Positions 1 through 8,434 of a stretch of 53,296 nucleotides of DNA are shown piece by piece (position 1 is the stretch's first letter; every line of letters begins with the position of its first letter). The notes below the pieces were generated by a model. That model saw nothing but the letters and a program-made list of their open reading frames with translations. It was not told where the DNA came from and did not search any database. This stretch comes from a virus (lineage: Duplodnaviria > Caudoviricetes): the IMG/VR virus record IMGVR_UViG_3300025769_000158, positions 1 through 53,296 of that record; one strand, given 5' to 3'. The position numbers and the translations under genes were made by a program.

Positions 1-16
1 AACTTTCTGTAGCCAT
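1..16 (-). CDS. 5' end (MATES...) of the tail-fibre/RBP gene that continues across the window junction into 53296..51771
   Basis: ATG at 16, just downstream of the stop of 20..238. These 16 nt plus the 89 nt upstream of 53207 make 35 in-frame codons with no stop. Confidence 0.7.
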
Positions 17-19
17 ATC

Positions 20-238
20 TTAAATTTCTTCTGATGGGTACCATTCAGCACCTAATGATTCTTCTATCGTTAGCGTAGCATCATAATTAGGATGCTTGAG
101 TATTGCAAAATCCAATCCGTTGGGATGATCTACGATGGTTGCCCATTGCGTAGTCGTTCCGTTGTACCCCTCGCCAGTCGTTACAAGGGTGTTGTAGGCT
201 TCCAAATCTGCCTTTGTTGTGCTTGTGTAGTACGCCAT
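20..238 (-). CDS. small protein paralogous to 51553..51771; putative tail-fibre chaperone/accessory
   Basis: 72 aa. Shares YYTSTxKADLEAYN, W..(I/V).HPNG.DFA.LKH and LGA.W.P..I with the 51553 ORF. TAATG stop/start overlap with the upstream RBP gene. Confidence 0.7.
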   Translation of the reverse strand: MAYYTSTTKADLEAYNTLVTTGEGYNGTTTQWATIVDHPNGLDFAILKHPNYDATLTIEESLGAEWYPSEEI

Positions 239-1212
239 TAGTAGATTGAATAAAAGTCGTTAATGTTCGTTTCAATGCCCGTGCGGTTGGTGCTTTGGTT
301 TACATCATATACAATTAATTCATAAATAGAGCCTACCCATCCGTAAGAAGAACTTACTGGTGAACCAATTCCCCTTGCACCACCAATTGTTATTCCATTT
401 GCTCCATTATATCCCGCATTTGAATTTGCAGTGCTTCCATTATATCCCGCATTTGAATTTGAACCATTAAATAGCCCGTAATGAATAGCACTACCATTTA
501 TGGCTGGATTTTTATATACTAATAACCCCCCAGCGCCAATAGCATAAGCATTTGAGTTCACTTGAATTGCTAATCCAGCAGATACAGTAGAGTCCCTATT
601 ATCTGTAAGTTGTTGTGTATTATCGCTGACATCGTAAGCCGTTGCTACTCCAAACATTGTAAATGGTTGAGTTAATGAAAACTCTTGAGTTTGTAATCTA
701 ACAGAACTTGAGACCGATGTTGCGTTAATCAAAATGCTCGGTTTTCCACCATCCAAGATAGTAGACCCACTTGAAACGATTTGAGGTTGAGCCGATGCAG
801 TCGTTTGCGTTGCATTATTCCCATTCCCACTTTGGTCGTACCAAGTCGTTACAAAGGCATCCGTACCACTCGCAAAAGTCTCAAGCGTTGCCGTATCCAA
901 TTCATTATTGCTGAACGCTATATCTTGCTCGGCATTGTCCGATGCTCTACGAACTTTGATAGCGTTGCCCGAATAGGTGTTATCCAACAAGCGCAAAGAG
1001 TATGCTGCCGCCGCTCCGCTATAGTCATTAAGTAACCCTGTGTATGCTGGTGGCTTAATAGGATTAAGCACCTTCAAGTCGGCCTTCAAGCAAGACATAC
1101 TCTCTACTGTACCGCCATCAGCCTCTACTCTATCTTTAAAAGCAGCAGCAACAACAGCATAGTACGGTCTTAATGAACCACCAGTAAGTAATGATAACCC
1201 TAAACCTAACAT
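238..1212 (-). CDS. putative receptor-binding/tail-fibre protein with ConA/LamG (arabinofuranosidase-B-catalytic-like) domain
   Basis: AAAAYSLRLL...YSGNAIKVRR...WYDQSGNGN and C-terminal IETNINDFYSIY motifs; paralog of the 51771 ORF. Confidence 0.7.
   Translation of the reverse strand: MLGLGLSLLTGGSLRPYYAVVAAAFKDRVEADGGTVESMSCLKADLKVLNPIKPPAYTGLLNDYSGAAAAYSLRLLDNTYSGNAIKVRRASDNAEQDIAFSNNELDTATLETFASGTDAFVTTWYDQSGNGNNATQTTASAQPQIVSSGSTILDGGKPSILINATSVSSSVRLQTQEFSLTQPFTMFGVATAYDVSDNTQQLTDNRDSTVSAGLAIQVNSNAYAIGAGGLLVYKNPAINGSAIHYGLFNGSNSNAGYNGSTANSNAGYNGANGITIGGARGIGSPVSSSYGWVGSIYELIVYDVNQSTNRTGIETNINDFYSIY
403..461. repeat. in-frame tandem duplication (26-bp identical core, 33-bp period; NSNAGYNG x2)
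   Basis: tccattatatcccgcatttgaatttg at 403-428 and 436-461. Confidence 0.85.
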
Positions 1213-1215
1213 AAC

Positions 1216-1479
1216 TTACCCTTGTGCTTCTCTATACGCTAGGATCTTGCCGGAAGCCACAGTAATAGATGTGAATCGGCTGTATACTGTTACGCCTGCA
1301 GGAACAACCACGGAAGTCAAACTATCACCTACCTCTGCGGTAGCAGTAATAGTTGCATCCTCCAATGCTGTAATAGCAATGTAGGTGTCCGTATCTATCG
1401 TTCCTGTAGTGACATAATCAAATCCCGATTGTCCAAATGACTGTAGGTTTGCATCACCTTGTCTAAATAATTTTCCCAT
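1216..1479 (-). CDS. small beta-rich hypothetical virion protein
   Basis: 87-aa Thr/Val-rich ORF between portal and RBP; preceded by TACCTTTG (1496-1503, minus). Confidence 0.65.
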   Translation of the reverse strand: MGKLFRQGDANLQSFGQSGFDYVTTGTIDTDTYIAITALEDATITATAEVGDSLTSVVVPAGVTVYSRFTSITVASGKILAYREAQG

Positions 1480-1508
1480 TTTTTTTATCTTTTTACAAAG
1501 GTACTAAA

Positions 1509-3950
1509 TCATTGATTGCTAAATATTTCTTGTAGGGCGTCTCCTTGATCAGCAAGCTCTCCTCGCTTCCCTTGACGTTGAGCGATCAGTTTACTTTGTT
1601 CAACGGCTTGCTTTTCTACGCGCTCATCTTTCCGGTCTTCCTTCATTCCCTCAAGGTTTTGCTTGAAGGAGTTCCCACCTTGTGTTTGCGCCAATACAAT
1701 TTGAGACTTCATTGCTTGAATCTCTTTGTCGTATTGATGTTGAAGTTGCATCATCTGCGCTTTTATCTTCGCTTCGATTTGCATCTTTTGAATCTCAAAC
1801 TCCGACTCCATTTGCTTCTTCTGCATCTCCAGTTGTGTAGACTGTTGTTGCGTTTGAGCATTGGCTTGTGCTTGTGCTTGGATATTTTGCATCTGCGCCT
1901 GTTGCTTTTGCTTTAGGCGTTTCTTTCTTCGTAGGATCAGTAAGCGTTCTGCCTGATCGATGTCGCGAAGGTTACGGATGGCGATGGCATCTTCAAGGTC
2001 GATCTCTTGTTGACTCAACGCTATTTGGATGTTTTGCTCCATATATTGTCTGTCGAGGTCGTCCATGGCAGATACTATGCGTACCCCGAAGTTATACATG
2101 GGCAGTTCCTTGAAACTGTTAAGGATGCTCATGTTGGTCTCTCCAATGGCGTTGGCATAGATTCTATACAACACACTTTCTTCCGGGATAATTTGTAGAC
2201 ATTTAACGACGTCTTCAGACACACGCTTGTAGAGCAGTTGTGCTGCATGGGTGATGTCGTAGATGGCGTTGTTCCCGGCTTGAAGTTGTTGTTGACGCAC
2301 GCCTACGAGTTGGTCTCCTTTAGGTGATGTTCCATCCATCACTTCATTGATTCCTGTAGCATCACGAATCATTCGTAGGTTATGGTTGTAGATACCTATG
2401 AGTTCATTGATGTTGCGGATGCTGTTGTCGATAGCTCGTACCGGTGGGTTTTGGAATCCACCTTCCGGGTTTTTCGATCGGTAGTAGAAGACCCCGGTTT
2501 GTTCGTAGATGTCTTGAAGTTCTAGCGGCTGTAGTTCCCCTCCTTTTCCGAGTTGTACATTCTCTAGTCCTTCGATGTCTATGATTAGGCCATCGGGTTT
2601 TGCTTTGGCGATGGCTTGTTGTAGTTTGAGGTGTGACAACTGCAACTGATCGGCGAAGCTTATGATTCCACTCACTAGGGACTTTGGCATCATGCGACGG
2701 AGGTTTGTCGAGATGACGTTGTAGGACAACCGTGTCTTTGTGATGTCGTGGATGTTCTTCGGTATATTTCTCTTTAGTCCATAGTTGAATACATACTTGG
2801 TGCCTATCACAAAGCATCCACCATATAAGGTGGTGTTGGTCATGCAGTGGGGCTGGCGGTCGTAGATACTTTCCGCGGGTGCCTTGTATTCATTCCCTTT
2901 AAAGTAGAACCCGGTATGTCCGTGGCGTGTTTCCTTTTCTTCAAAGAACATCTTATCAACGGAGAGGAATTCGAAGTCGAGGACCTCAACAAAGTATTCG
3001 TCGTATCCGTATGTTGCGCGCTGTAGGTTCTTATCGTAGTAGGAGTGTGTTAGCCTACTAGGATTGTTTTGGAACCTGTTGCGTACTGTGCGGGCAATGT
3101 TTTCGTATTGTTCTTCGGAGAACTGATCCCCGGCAAGTCTTTTTAGTTCTTGTATGGTGATGCGCTTGATGTGCCCGGCATATACCATATCGTCGAAGTT
3201 GTGGTCTTCGGTATAACTGTGTATGAAGTAGGAAGGGTCTACATACTCTTCTACAATCCCATAGTTTGGGTCGTTGTTCCTCTTGACCACGGCCATCCCA
3301 TTTGTTACCAGGTCGGTGACGGCTCTTCGGTATGTGGTGTCGTGGAAGTTGTTCCAGTCCAGGGTCATCTTTGTCGCTAGTTGAGCGGCGACCTCGGCTT
3401 CTGTTTTTACGTTGGTGTCTAGGAATATCTCGGCCTCCTCGAGGCTTTCTGGTATTTCGTTGGGGTCAACATCAAGGTCCACGCCCATCTCCTTTGCTTT
3501 AAGGAGGAATTCGCGGGTCATGATTTGAGCCTTGATTTTATTTTTCTTTTTGTCTTTCTCCGAATGTGAAAGTGGGTCTACGGCCTCCACGTTTGGGTAG
3601 GGGTCGGCAGATAGAATCTTGTTTACGACGATCTTCACGAACTTCGGGATGATAGGCACGGGTGACCAGTCGAGGTTTAGGAGGGTACCGTCCCCATTGT
3701 TGGGGTCTAGGGAATTTAAGATTTGCTTGTACCTAGAGGTATCTTGCGTACCGTTTGCGTAATCGCGGTTGGTCTCAAATTCTTTTTTACGACGGTAGTA
3801 TAGGGAGCCTTCATCATCCGAGCTGCCCCATTGTCCTTCTATTGCTTTTGCGTATTTTAATCCATAGGCGTTACTCCCCTTAATTTCTGGGGATGCTAGT
3901 GGATCAGGGAAACTTCCGTACCTTTCGTTTTCTTGAGGATTATCAAACAT
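1509..3950 (-). CDS. portal protein (crAss-like)
   Basis: 813 aa, next to TerL. LNLDWSPVPIIPKFV and IRDATGINE motifs plus a Gln-rich C-terminal coiled coil. Confidence 0.88.
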   Translation of the reverse strand: MFDNPQENERYGSFPDPLASPEIKGSNAYGLKYAKAIEGQWGSSDDEGSLYYRRKKEFETNRDYANGTQDTSRYKQILNSLDPNNGDGTLLNLDWSPVPIIPKFVKIVVNKILSADPYPNVEAVDPLSHSEKDKKKNKIKAQIMTREFLLKAKEMGVDLDVDPNEIPESLEEAEIFLDTNVKTEAEVAAQLATKMTLDWNNFHDTTYRRAVTDLVTNGMAVVKRNNDPNYGIVEEYVDPSYFIHSYTEDHNFDDMVYAGHIKRITIQELKRLAGDQFSEEQYENIARTVRNRFQNNPSRLTHSYYDKNLQRATYGYDEYFVEVLDFEFLSVDKMFFEEKETRHGHTGFYFKGNEYKAPAESIYDRQPHCMTNTTLYGGCFVIGTKYVFNYGLKRNIPKNIHDITKTRLSYNVISTNLRRMMPKSLVSGIISFADQLQLSHLKLQQAIAKAKPDGLIIDIEGLENVQLGKGGELQPLELQDIYEQTGVFYYRSKNPEGGFQNPPVRAIDNSIRNINELIGIYNHNLRMIRDATGINEVMDGTSPKGDQLVGVRQQQLQAGNNAIYDITHAAQLLYKRVSEDVVKCLQIIPEESVLYRIYANAIGETNMSILNSFKELPMYNFGVRIVSAMDDLDRQYMEQNIQIALSQQEIDLEDAIAIRNLRDIDQAERLLILRRKKRLKQKQQAQMQNIQAQAQANAQTQQQSTQLEMQKKQMESEFEIQKMQIEAKIKAQMMQLQHQYDKEIQAMKSQIVLAQTQGGNSFKQNLEGMKEDRKDERVEKQAVEQSKLIAQRQGKRGELADQGDALQEIFSNQ

Positions 3951-3973
3951 TTCGTGAGATAATAGTTAATATG

Positions 3974-3981
3974 CAAATATA
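3974..3981 (-). promoter_or_regulatory. Bacteroidota sigma-A -7 promoter element (TATATTTG) upstream of portal
   Basis: Matches TAnnTTTG; 23 nt upstream of the ATG. Confidence 0.7.
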
Positions 3982-4010
3982 CTGATTAATAAAGCTTTAA
4001 TCTACGGGGG

Positions 4011-6128
4011 TTAAAGTTTGTATCTTCTAAAGAATTTCTTCTCGCTAAAGTCCGCCTGTTTTTTTTCTTGTTTGACTTTTTGAGCGCCTAATAAAGCAAG
4101 TCCACTTGAAATTGTTAAATCGTATTTTGTGCGGTTATCGATCTTAAATCCTATCCAATCTTCGAGGGTCCGGGAAAAGTACATGTTCCCCATTGACCCG
4201 TCGTTGTCGTTGGTCCCCACATAGTTGTGTATGTATTCTTCTACGGCTTGAGCATGTGCTTGGATAACATCGGCGGAGTTTGATGGTATCCCCTTTGTTT
4301 TTACGTTGACCTTGGCGGATGTTGAGGTAAGGTGTTGAGGGCGGTCCATGATGTATCCGTCGTATCCGCGTTGCTCGAAATACCGTACGATGCCGTACTT
4401 GTTGTTTTCGATCAGTAGTGGGTACCCGTAGAATACGGCGCACATGAGTACATCTTCATAAAATATTTTTGCTAGTGGTGGCCTTGAGGCATACTCAACG
4501 ACGAACATATTAGAAGGGCAGGCGAGGTTGAATTTATTATAAAGGTGCATCGCGCCTTTAGAGCCTCTACCATCAAGCGTAGCATCGAGGTCGTAACTAT
4601 CGACCCCACCAACACCGATATGAGCATTTCCAGGTTTCTTGATACCTCGCTCGATAACCATGTTGTTTCGCATCTCGGCTGGGGGGAGCCATGAGATATG
4701 AAACCGCCCGTTAATATCAGGGGTAAATATAACCTTTGTATTTTGAACGGCGTTCTCCCACACGAAGTTTCCTCGTACGATGGGGTTTGGAAAGAGGTTG
4801 TCGTTGTGTGTTACTTGCTCATATATCTTCGTGAGGTTAAACAGTGAGCCTTGTATACTGTCTCGGAAGGCTTCATCCTCATTAAAGGGGAATTGTCGGA
4901 TGACCTCGTTAAGTTCTGAATGGTCGTTCTTTAGGGATTCGCGCTCATTTTTTAGGAAGGTCTTTGCCCCGATTTCTATATCTTCTCCGTCGATTCCTTT
5001 GACGGGTTGTTCCGGGTCTTCGATTACGGGGTTGCCGTATATGTCGAAGAATCCTTCGAGTGCTTCGTATGAGGGTATAAATATCCTGTAGAGTCCTGAT
5101 CTAGTCCTCCCGTTTTTATTTCTTTGGTATGGGGAGGAGTCTTGCCACAGTTCTTTGTATTCTTTCCCTCCTTTGTTCATTGGGTTTACGGTGGAACCCA
5201 TTAGGCACTTACCAATTACTCTACGCCCTACGATCAGACAGGTCCTTTGTATGCGCCATGCCTCTCGTATGTCGGTAGGCTTTTCCCACTTCCCGGCCTC
5301 ATCGAGGTAGAGCATGTGTAGTTTTTCCCCATCGTATGCGTTGTTGGTTGTGTTCTTCCAATTGATTATGGTGTTGAGTGCCTCTCCTTGTTGTGACGTT
5401 TTATTTTTCTTGGTGATTCTTTTCGCGGGTTCACGGAAGGCAAGTTCCATGCGTGGGTTGGTGGTACCGTCTTGTATGGGCTTAAAGAAGAATGGGTAGG
5501 ACTTGAACACGGAGACGATCTTTTTCATGAAGATATTTTCTTGGGCGTCTTTCCCGGTCTTGGACTGTAGTCCTAATAGTTTTTCTTTTACTTGTGTTGC
5601 CTCATCTACTAGTGTGCAGGCGCTCATGTTGGTATATCCTGATCGGCGGCACTTGGTGTATACTTGCCCCAGTGACCTAGGGTCTACCTCACAGGCTTTT
5701 TGATGTATGAACAGTTTACGTTGAAAGTCGAGGAAGTATGGGTATCCGATATCGAGCTTGGACCATTGAAGCATCATATAGTGTCTTCCTGTGATATAGG
5801 TCGGTGTGCCGTTATTCATGAACCATACCCCATTGTTTCTACGCTGAAATTCTTGTTGTATGTACGGCAGGTACCTCGCTCTAAATTCTTTAGGCATCTC
5901 TAGCCATTCGTCCATCGATCTTATCCTGGACATTTCTTGGGGCATGGATATCCTTCTCCAACACTGTTCCTTTTTAGGGAGGTCGGAAAACAAAATAGTT
6001 CCCGTATTGGGAACTTTGGGCAGTTGTATGTATAGACCGGCGAGTTCTATGATTTCACCTTCGGTGTCGTCTGTGCAGATATTAATTACCGAATCATCAT
6101 AGCCTTCAACTTCTTTTAGTTTAGCCAT
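4011..6128 (-). CDS. terL: terminase large subunit
   Basis: Walker A-like KCRRSGYT, Walker B LYLDEAGK, coupling motif GST, nuclease motifs GGVDSYD and YDLTISSG. Confidence 0.93.
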   Translation of the reverse strand: MAKLKEVEGYDDSVINICTDDTEGEIIELAGLYIQLPKVPNTGTILFSDLPKKEQCWRRISMPQEMSRIRSMDEWLEMPKEFRARYLPYIQQEFQRRNNGVWFMNNGTPTYITGRHYMMLQWSKLDIGYPYFLDFQRKLFIHQKACEVDPRSLGQVYTKCRRSGYTNMSACTLVDEATQVKEKLLGLQSKTGKDAQENIFMKKIVSVFKSYPFFFKPIQDGTTNPRMELAFREPAKRITKKNKTSQQGEALNTIINWKNTTNNAYDGEKLHMLYLDEAGKWEKPTDIREAWRIQRTCLIVGRRVIGKCLMGSTVNPMNKGGKEYKELWQDSSPYQRNKNGRTRSGLYRIFIPSYEALEGFFDIYGNPVIEDPEQPVKGIDGEDIEIGAKTFLKNERESLKNDHSELNEVIRQFPFNEDEAFRDSIQGSLFNLTKIYEQVTHNDNLFPNPIVRGNFVWENAVQNTKVIFTPDINGRFHISWLPPAEMRNNMVIERGIKKPGNAHIGVGGVDSYDLDATLDGRGSKGAMHLYNKFNLACPSNMFVVEYASRPPLAKIFYEDVLMCAVFYGYPLLIENNKYGIVRYFEQRGYDGYIMDRPQHLTSTSAKVNVKTKGIPSNSADVIQAHAQAVEEYIHNYVGTNDNDGSMGNMYFSRTLEDWIGFKIDNRTKYDLTISSGLALLGAQKVKQEKKQADFSEKKFFRRYKL

Positions 6129-6168
6129 TTAATTATTTTTTCGTGCTCTACATTAAATTAACATTCAA

Positions 6169-6297
6169 ATGAAAAAGATATTTACACTTCTCGTTGGTCT
6201 ATTGTTGTGTGCTTGTGCTTCGTCAGATGCTTATGTGATGCAAAATTGCACCATCTCCGATTGTGAAATCACATCTGTTCATCATCATGTGTGGTAG
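6169..6297 (+). CDS. small lipoprotein (42 aa), not in the ORF track
   Basis: MKKIFTLLVGLLLCACASSDAYVMQNCTISDCEITSVHHHVW: basic N-terminus, hydrophobic core, lipobox LCA-C. Confidence 0.65.
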   Translation: MKKIFTLLVGLLLCACASSDAYVMQNCTISDCEITSVHHHVW

Positions 6298-6457
6298 AAT
6301 CTTCCAAGTGTTTTAGGATCAGTTCATACTTTAGTGTCCTTCTGTCGTATATATTAGGTACACTCATGTATATTATCTGCTTGCATTGCTTGATGGCATA
6401 TTGCAGGCTCCCACTTTTTCTGATGAGGCTTATTGCTTGTTGTTTTGTCGACATCAT
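6269..6457 (-). CDS. hypothetical protein
   Basis: 62 aa; ATGA overlap with the upstream ORF. Confidence 0.5.
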   Translation of the reverse strand: MMSTKQQAISLIRKSGSLQYAIKQCKQIIYMSVPNIYDRRTLKYELILKHLEDSTTHDDEQM

Positions 6458-6648
6458 TTCACTAGCATTCTATCAATTTTTTCTGGGTCGAATTTACGAA
6501 TTCGCTGTAGTCTTTCGTTTTCTATTTCCCGGGCTTTAGCGTATTCTTCGGGTGTGCTGTCTAGACCGAGGTTTGTAAACATCTTTGCGTTGCGTTGCAG
6601 TACGCAGTCGATCACTTGTTTTGCTTGGGGATTTGTTGTGTAGCTCAT
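6454..6648 (-). CDS. hypothetical protein
   Basis: 64 aa in a tightly packed small-gene run. Confidence 0.65.
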   Translation of the reverse strand: MSYTTNPQAKQVIDCVLQRNAKMFTNLGLDSTPEEYAKAREIENERLQRIRKFDPEKIDRMLVK

Positions 6649-6651
6649 GTC

Positions 6652-6771
6652 TTAATCTTTTTCTATTCCGTATTCTTCAAGGTCTCTATAACATAGGTTG
6701 ACCATGTGTAGAGCCTGATCGTAATCTTCGTAGTAGTGGTTGCCTACTTTCCACAATAGTATTGGCTTCAT
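6652..6771 (-). CDS. small hypothetical protein (39 aa)
   Basis: MKPILLWKVGNHYYEDYDQALHMVNLCYRDLEEYGIEKD, read manually; ATGA overlap with the upstream ORF. Confidence 0.45.
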   Translation of the reverse strand: MKPILLWKVGNHYYEDYDQALHMVNLCYRDLEEYGIEKD

Positions 6772-6866
6772 TTTTTCTTTTTATTAATTTCTTTTATATG
6801 ATAAGCAATAAGCCAAAGAGGGACAGATACATTAAGAAGTAAAATAAATACCGTTGTGTCGCTCAT
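6768..6866 (-). CDS. small single-TM protein (32 aa)
   Basis: MSDTTVFILLLNVSVPLWLIAYHIKEINKKKK, read manually. Confidence 0.45.
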   Translation of the reverse strand: MSDTTVFILLLNVSVPLWLIAYHIKEINKKKK

Positions 6867-6997
6867 TTCTCTTTGGTGTTAAATGTTATTTCATTATGAT
6901 GTGAAATCCTTTTTTCATCTCTCTTTGGTGTTAAAGGTTCTATTAAAGACACAAAACCCTATCGTTTTGTATGATTATTGGTTATATGTCTCCGCAT

Positions 6998-7483
6998 TTA
7001 TAATTTGTCAGTTGCTATTATGTCTATACCAAATGCTTTTGCATATTGTAAAAGACCATCAAACACAAAGTTTGTCTTGCCTTGCTCTATTTTCCTTACA
7101 ACAGTAAGTGCTATACCTAACCTATCAGCAAATTGTTCTTGAGTTAATCCTGCCAATCTTCTTTTTTCTTTTAGGTACGAACCAAGAGTAACAGACTCTT
7201 GAGACAAAACAAAATAACTTCCGCTTACAACTTTATTGAAAAGGCTGTGTCCCAGTTCTTCAAAGTGTTTAATCCATTTTGTCTCTGCGGCACGGATATC
7301 AAGAATGTCTTTCTCAAGTATTTGAACTATCGGTTCATAGCTTAAAGAGTTGTACCATTCCTTCAAACCTTCATTATGAGACATTCTATGTTGATAAGGT
7401 CTGACTAAATCTTTAGTTTGAGACATACCTACATAAACAACATTTAGTTCATTGTCTGATAAAGCATAGATATAGTTTGTCAT
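6998..7483 (-). CDS. GIY-YIG-like nuclease fused to an XRE-family HTH domain
   Basis: N-terminal YIYAL...VVYVGMS...RPYQH...E..WI; C-terminal RRLAGLTQEQFADRLGIALTVVRKIEQG. Confidence 0.8.
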   Translation of the reverse strand: MTNYIYALSDNELNVVYVGMSQTKDLVRPYQHRMSHNEGLKEWYNSLSYEPIVQILEKDILDIRAAETKWIKHFEELGHSLFNKVVSGSYFVLSQESVTLGSYLKEKRRLAGLTQEQFADRLGIALTVVRKIEQGKTNFVFDGLLQYAKAFGIDIIATDKL

Positions 7484-7498
7484 AAGTAATTAGTTTTA

Positions 7499-7558
7499 AT
7501 TGTAAGGTTTTACCCTTACTTTGTGCACTACATTGTAAGGTTTTACCCTTACTTTGTG
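7499..7558. repeat. 27-bp direct repeat, each copy holding a GTAAGG-N6-CCTTAC palindrome
   Basis: attgtaaggttttacccttactttgtg at 7499-7525 and 7532-7558. Confidence 0.9.
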
Positions 7559-7628
7559 AAAATTTAAGGTTCATCGTTGTGAGGATTTGCGATTCGCGAA
7601 TTACGAATGTGTACCACTTTGGTACGCA

Positions 7629-7940
7629 TTACTCTTCTCTATGTTCTTCTATCACCCATTTCAGTTGAGCGAGTTCTTGTGTTGTTAGGGTGTTAATCAT
7701 CTCGACCCTTTCTTGTAGTGCGGAAAACAACTCACTGGTTTGTGGGTCGGCATCAACTGTCCCTAGGGGTTTTCTGATCATGAACTCGATTTTCTTTTCG
7801 AGGTTGTTCATGAGTTTTTTGATGTCGTGTTTGTACAGTGCGGTCCCTTTGAAGTCGTCCATGGCATCGAGTGATGCTTGGTAGAGGACGAGTAGTTTCA
7901 CGGCGTTTTGGAATACTTTGAATTCTTTCTCTTTTGACAT
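7629..7940 (-). CDS. hypothetical helical protein
   Basis: 103-aa ORF with an AT-rich upstream region. Confidence 0.65.
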   Translation of the reverse strand: MSKEKEFKVFQNAVKLLVLYQASLDAMDDFKGTALYKHDIKKLMNNLEKKIEFMIRKPLGTVDADPQTSELFSALQERVEMINTLTTQELAQLKWVIEEHREE

Positions 7941-7958
7941 AGTATTTAATTTAATTGG

Positions 7959-8108
7959 TTAGCATTCGTGAGCGCATGCTTCGGTGCATGCTTCGCAGCA
8001 GTCGCATAGTGTCTCTATGTCTTGCTCGTGCTTTTCTCTATATGGGCATGAGTGTTTAAATTCGGTAGACCCGCAACTACACATCCCGGTTGTTATCTTG
8101 TATGTCAT
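7959..8108 (-). CDS. small Cys-rich putative metal-binding protein (49 aa)
   Basis: MTYKITTGMCSCGSTEFKHSCPYREKHEQDIETLCDCCEACTEACAHEC, read manually. Confidence 0.55.
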   Translation of the reverse strand: MTYKITTGMCSCGSTEFKHSCPYREKHEQDIETLCDCCEACTEACAHEC

Positions 8109-8143
8109 AATCGTCCCAATATAGGAAGATGTATCGAGGGTCT

Positions 8144-8434
8144 CTACTTTGAAAACCTTTCTGCGAATCCTCCTCCGTAGTCTTTTTCTTCTGATATTTC
8201 TCCACTGCTCTTTAGGTCTTTGACCATTTGTTCTAGCCGTTGTCTTTCTATGATCAGTTCTTTACAGTCTACTGCGGTTTGTTTTATGGACTGTAGTTCG
8301 GCCTTTCGTTGTGTCCCTCCTAGATCGGGGTCTATGGGCTTACGTATTTCGCCGATCATATTCTCGATTGCTACCTCCATGCTCTTCATTAGTTTTTGGG
8401 AGGCTTCTATGGTTGTGAATTCTTTTTTAGCCAT
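8144..8434 (-). CDS. putative terminase small subunit
   Basis: 96-aa coiled-coil protein ending GGFAERFSK, upstream of TerL in the same unit. The function is inferred from position. Confidence 0.45.
   Translation of the reverse strand: MAKKEFTTIEASQKLMKSMEVAIENMIGEIRKPIDPDLGGTQRKAELQSIKQTAVDCKELIIERQRLEQMVKDLKSSGEISEEKDYGGGFAERFSK

Noticed and set aside
238-1212. Diversity-generating retroelement acting on the tail fibres
   Set aside because: No reverse transcriptase. Both similar regions are coding paralogs and the differences are not adenine-specific.
6998-7483. XRE HTH as a lysogeny repressor
   Set aside because: It is fused to a nuclease domain and sits in the packaging operon, with no integrase, parA or divergent cro.
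7499-7558. Possible mini-CRISPR array
   Set aside because: Only two repeats with a 6-bp gap; no spacers and no cas genes.
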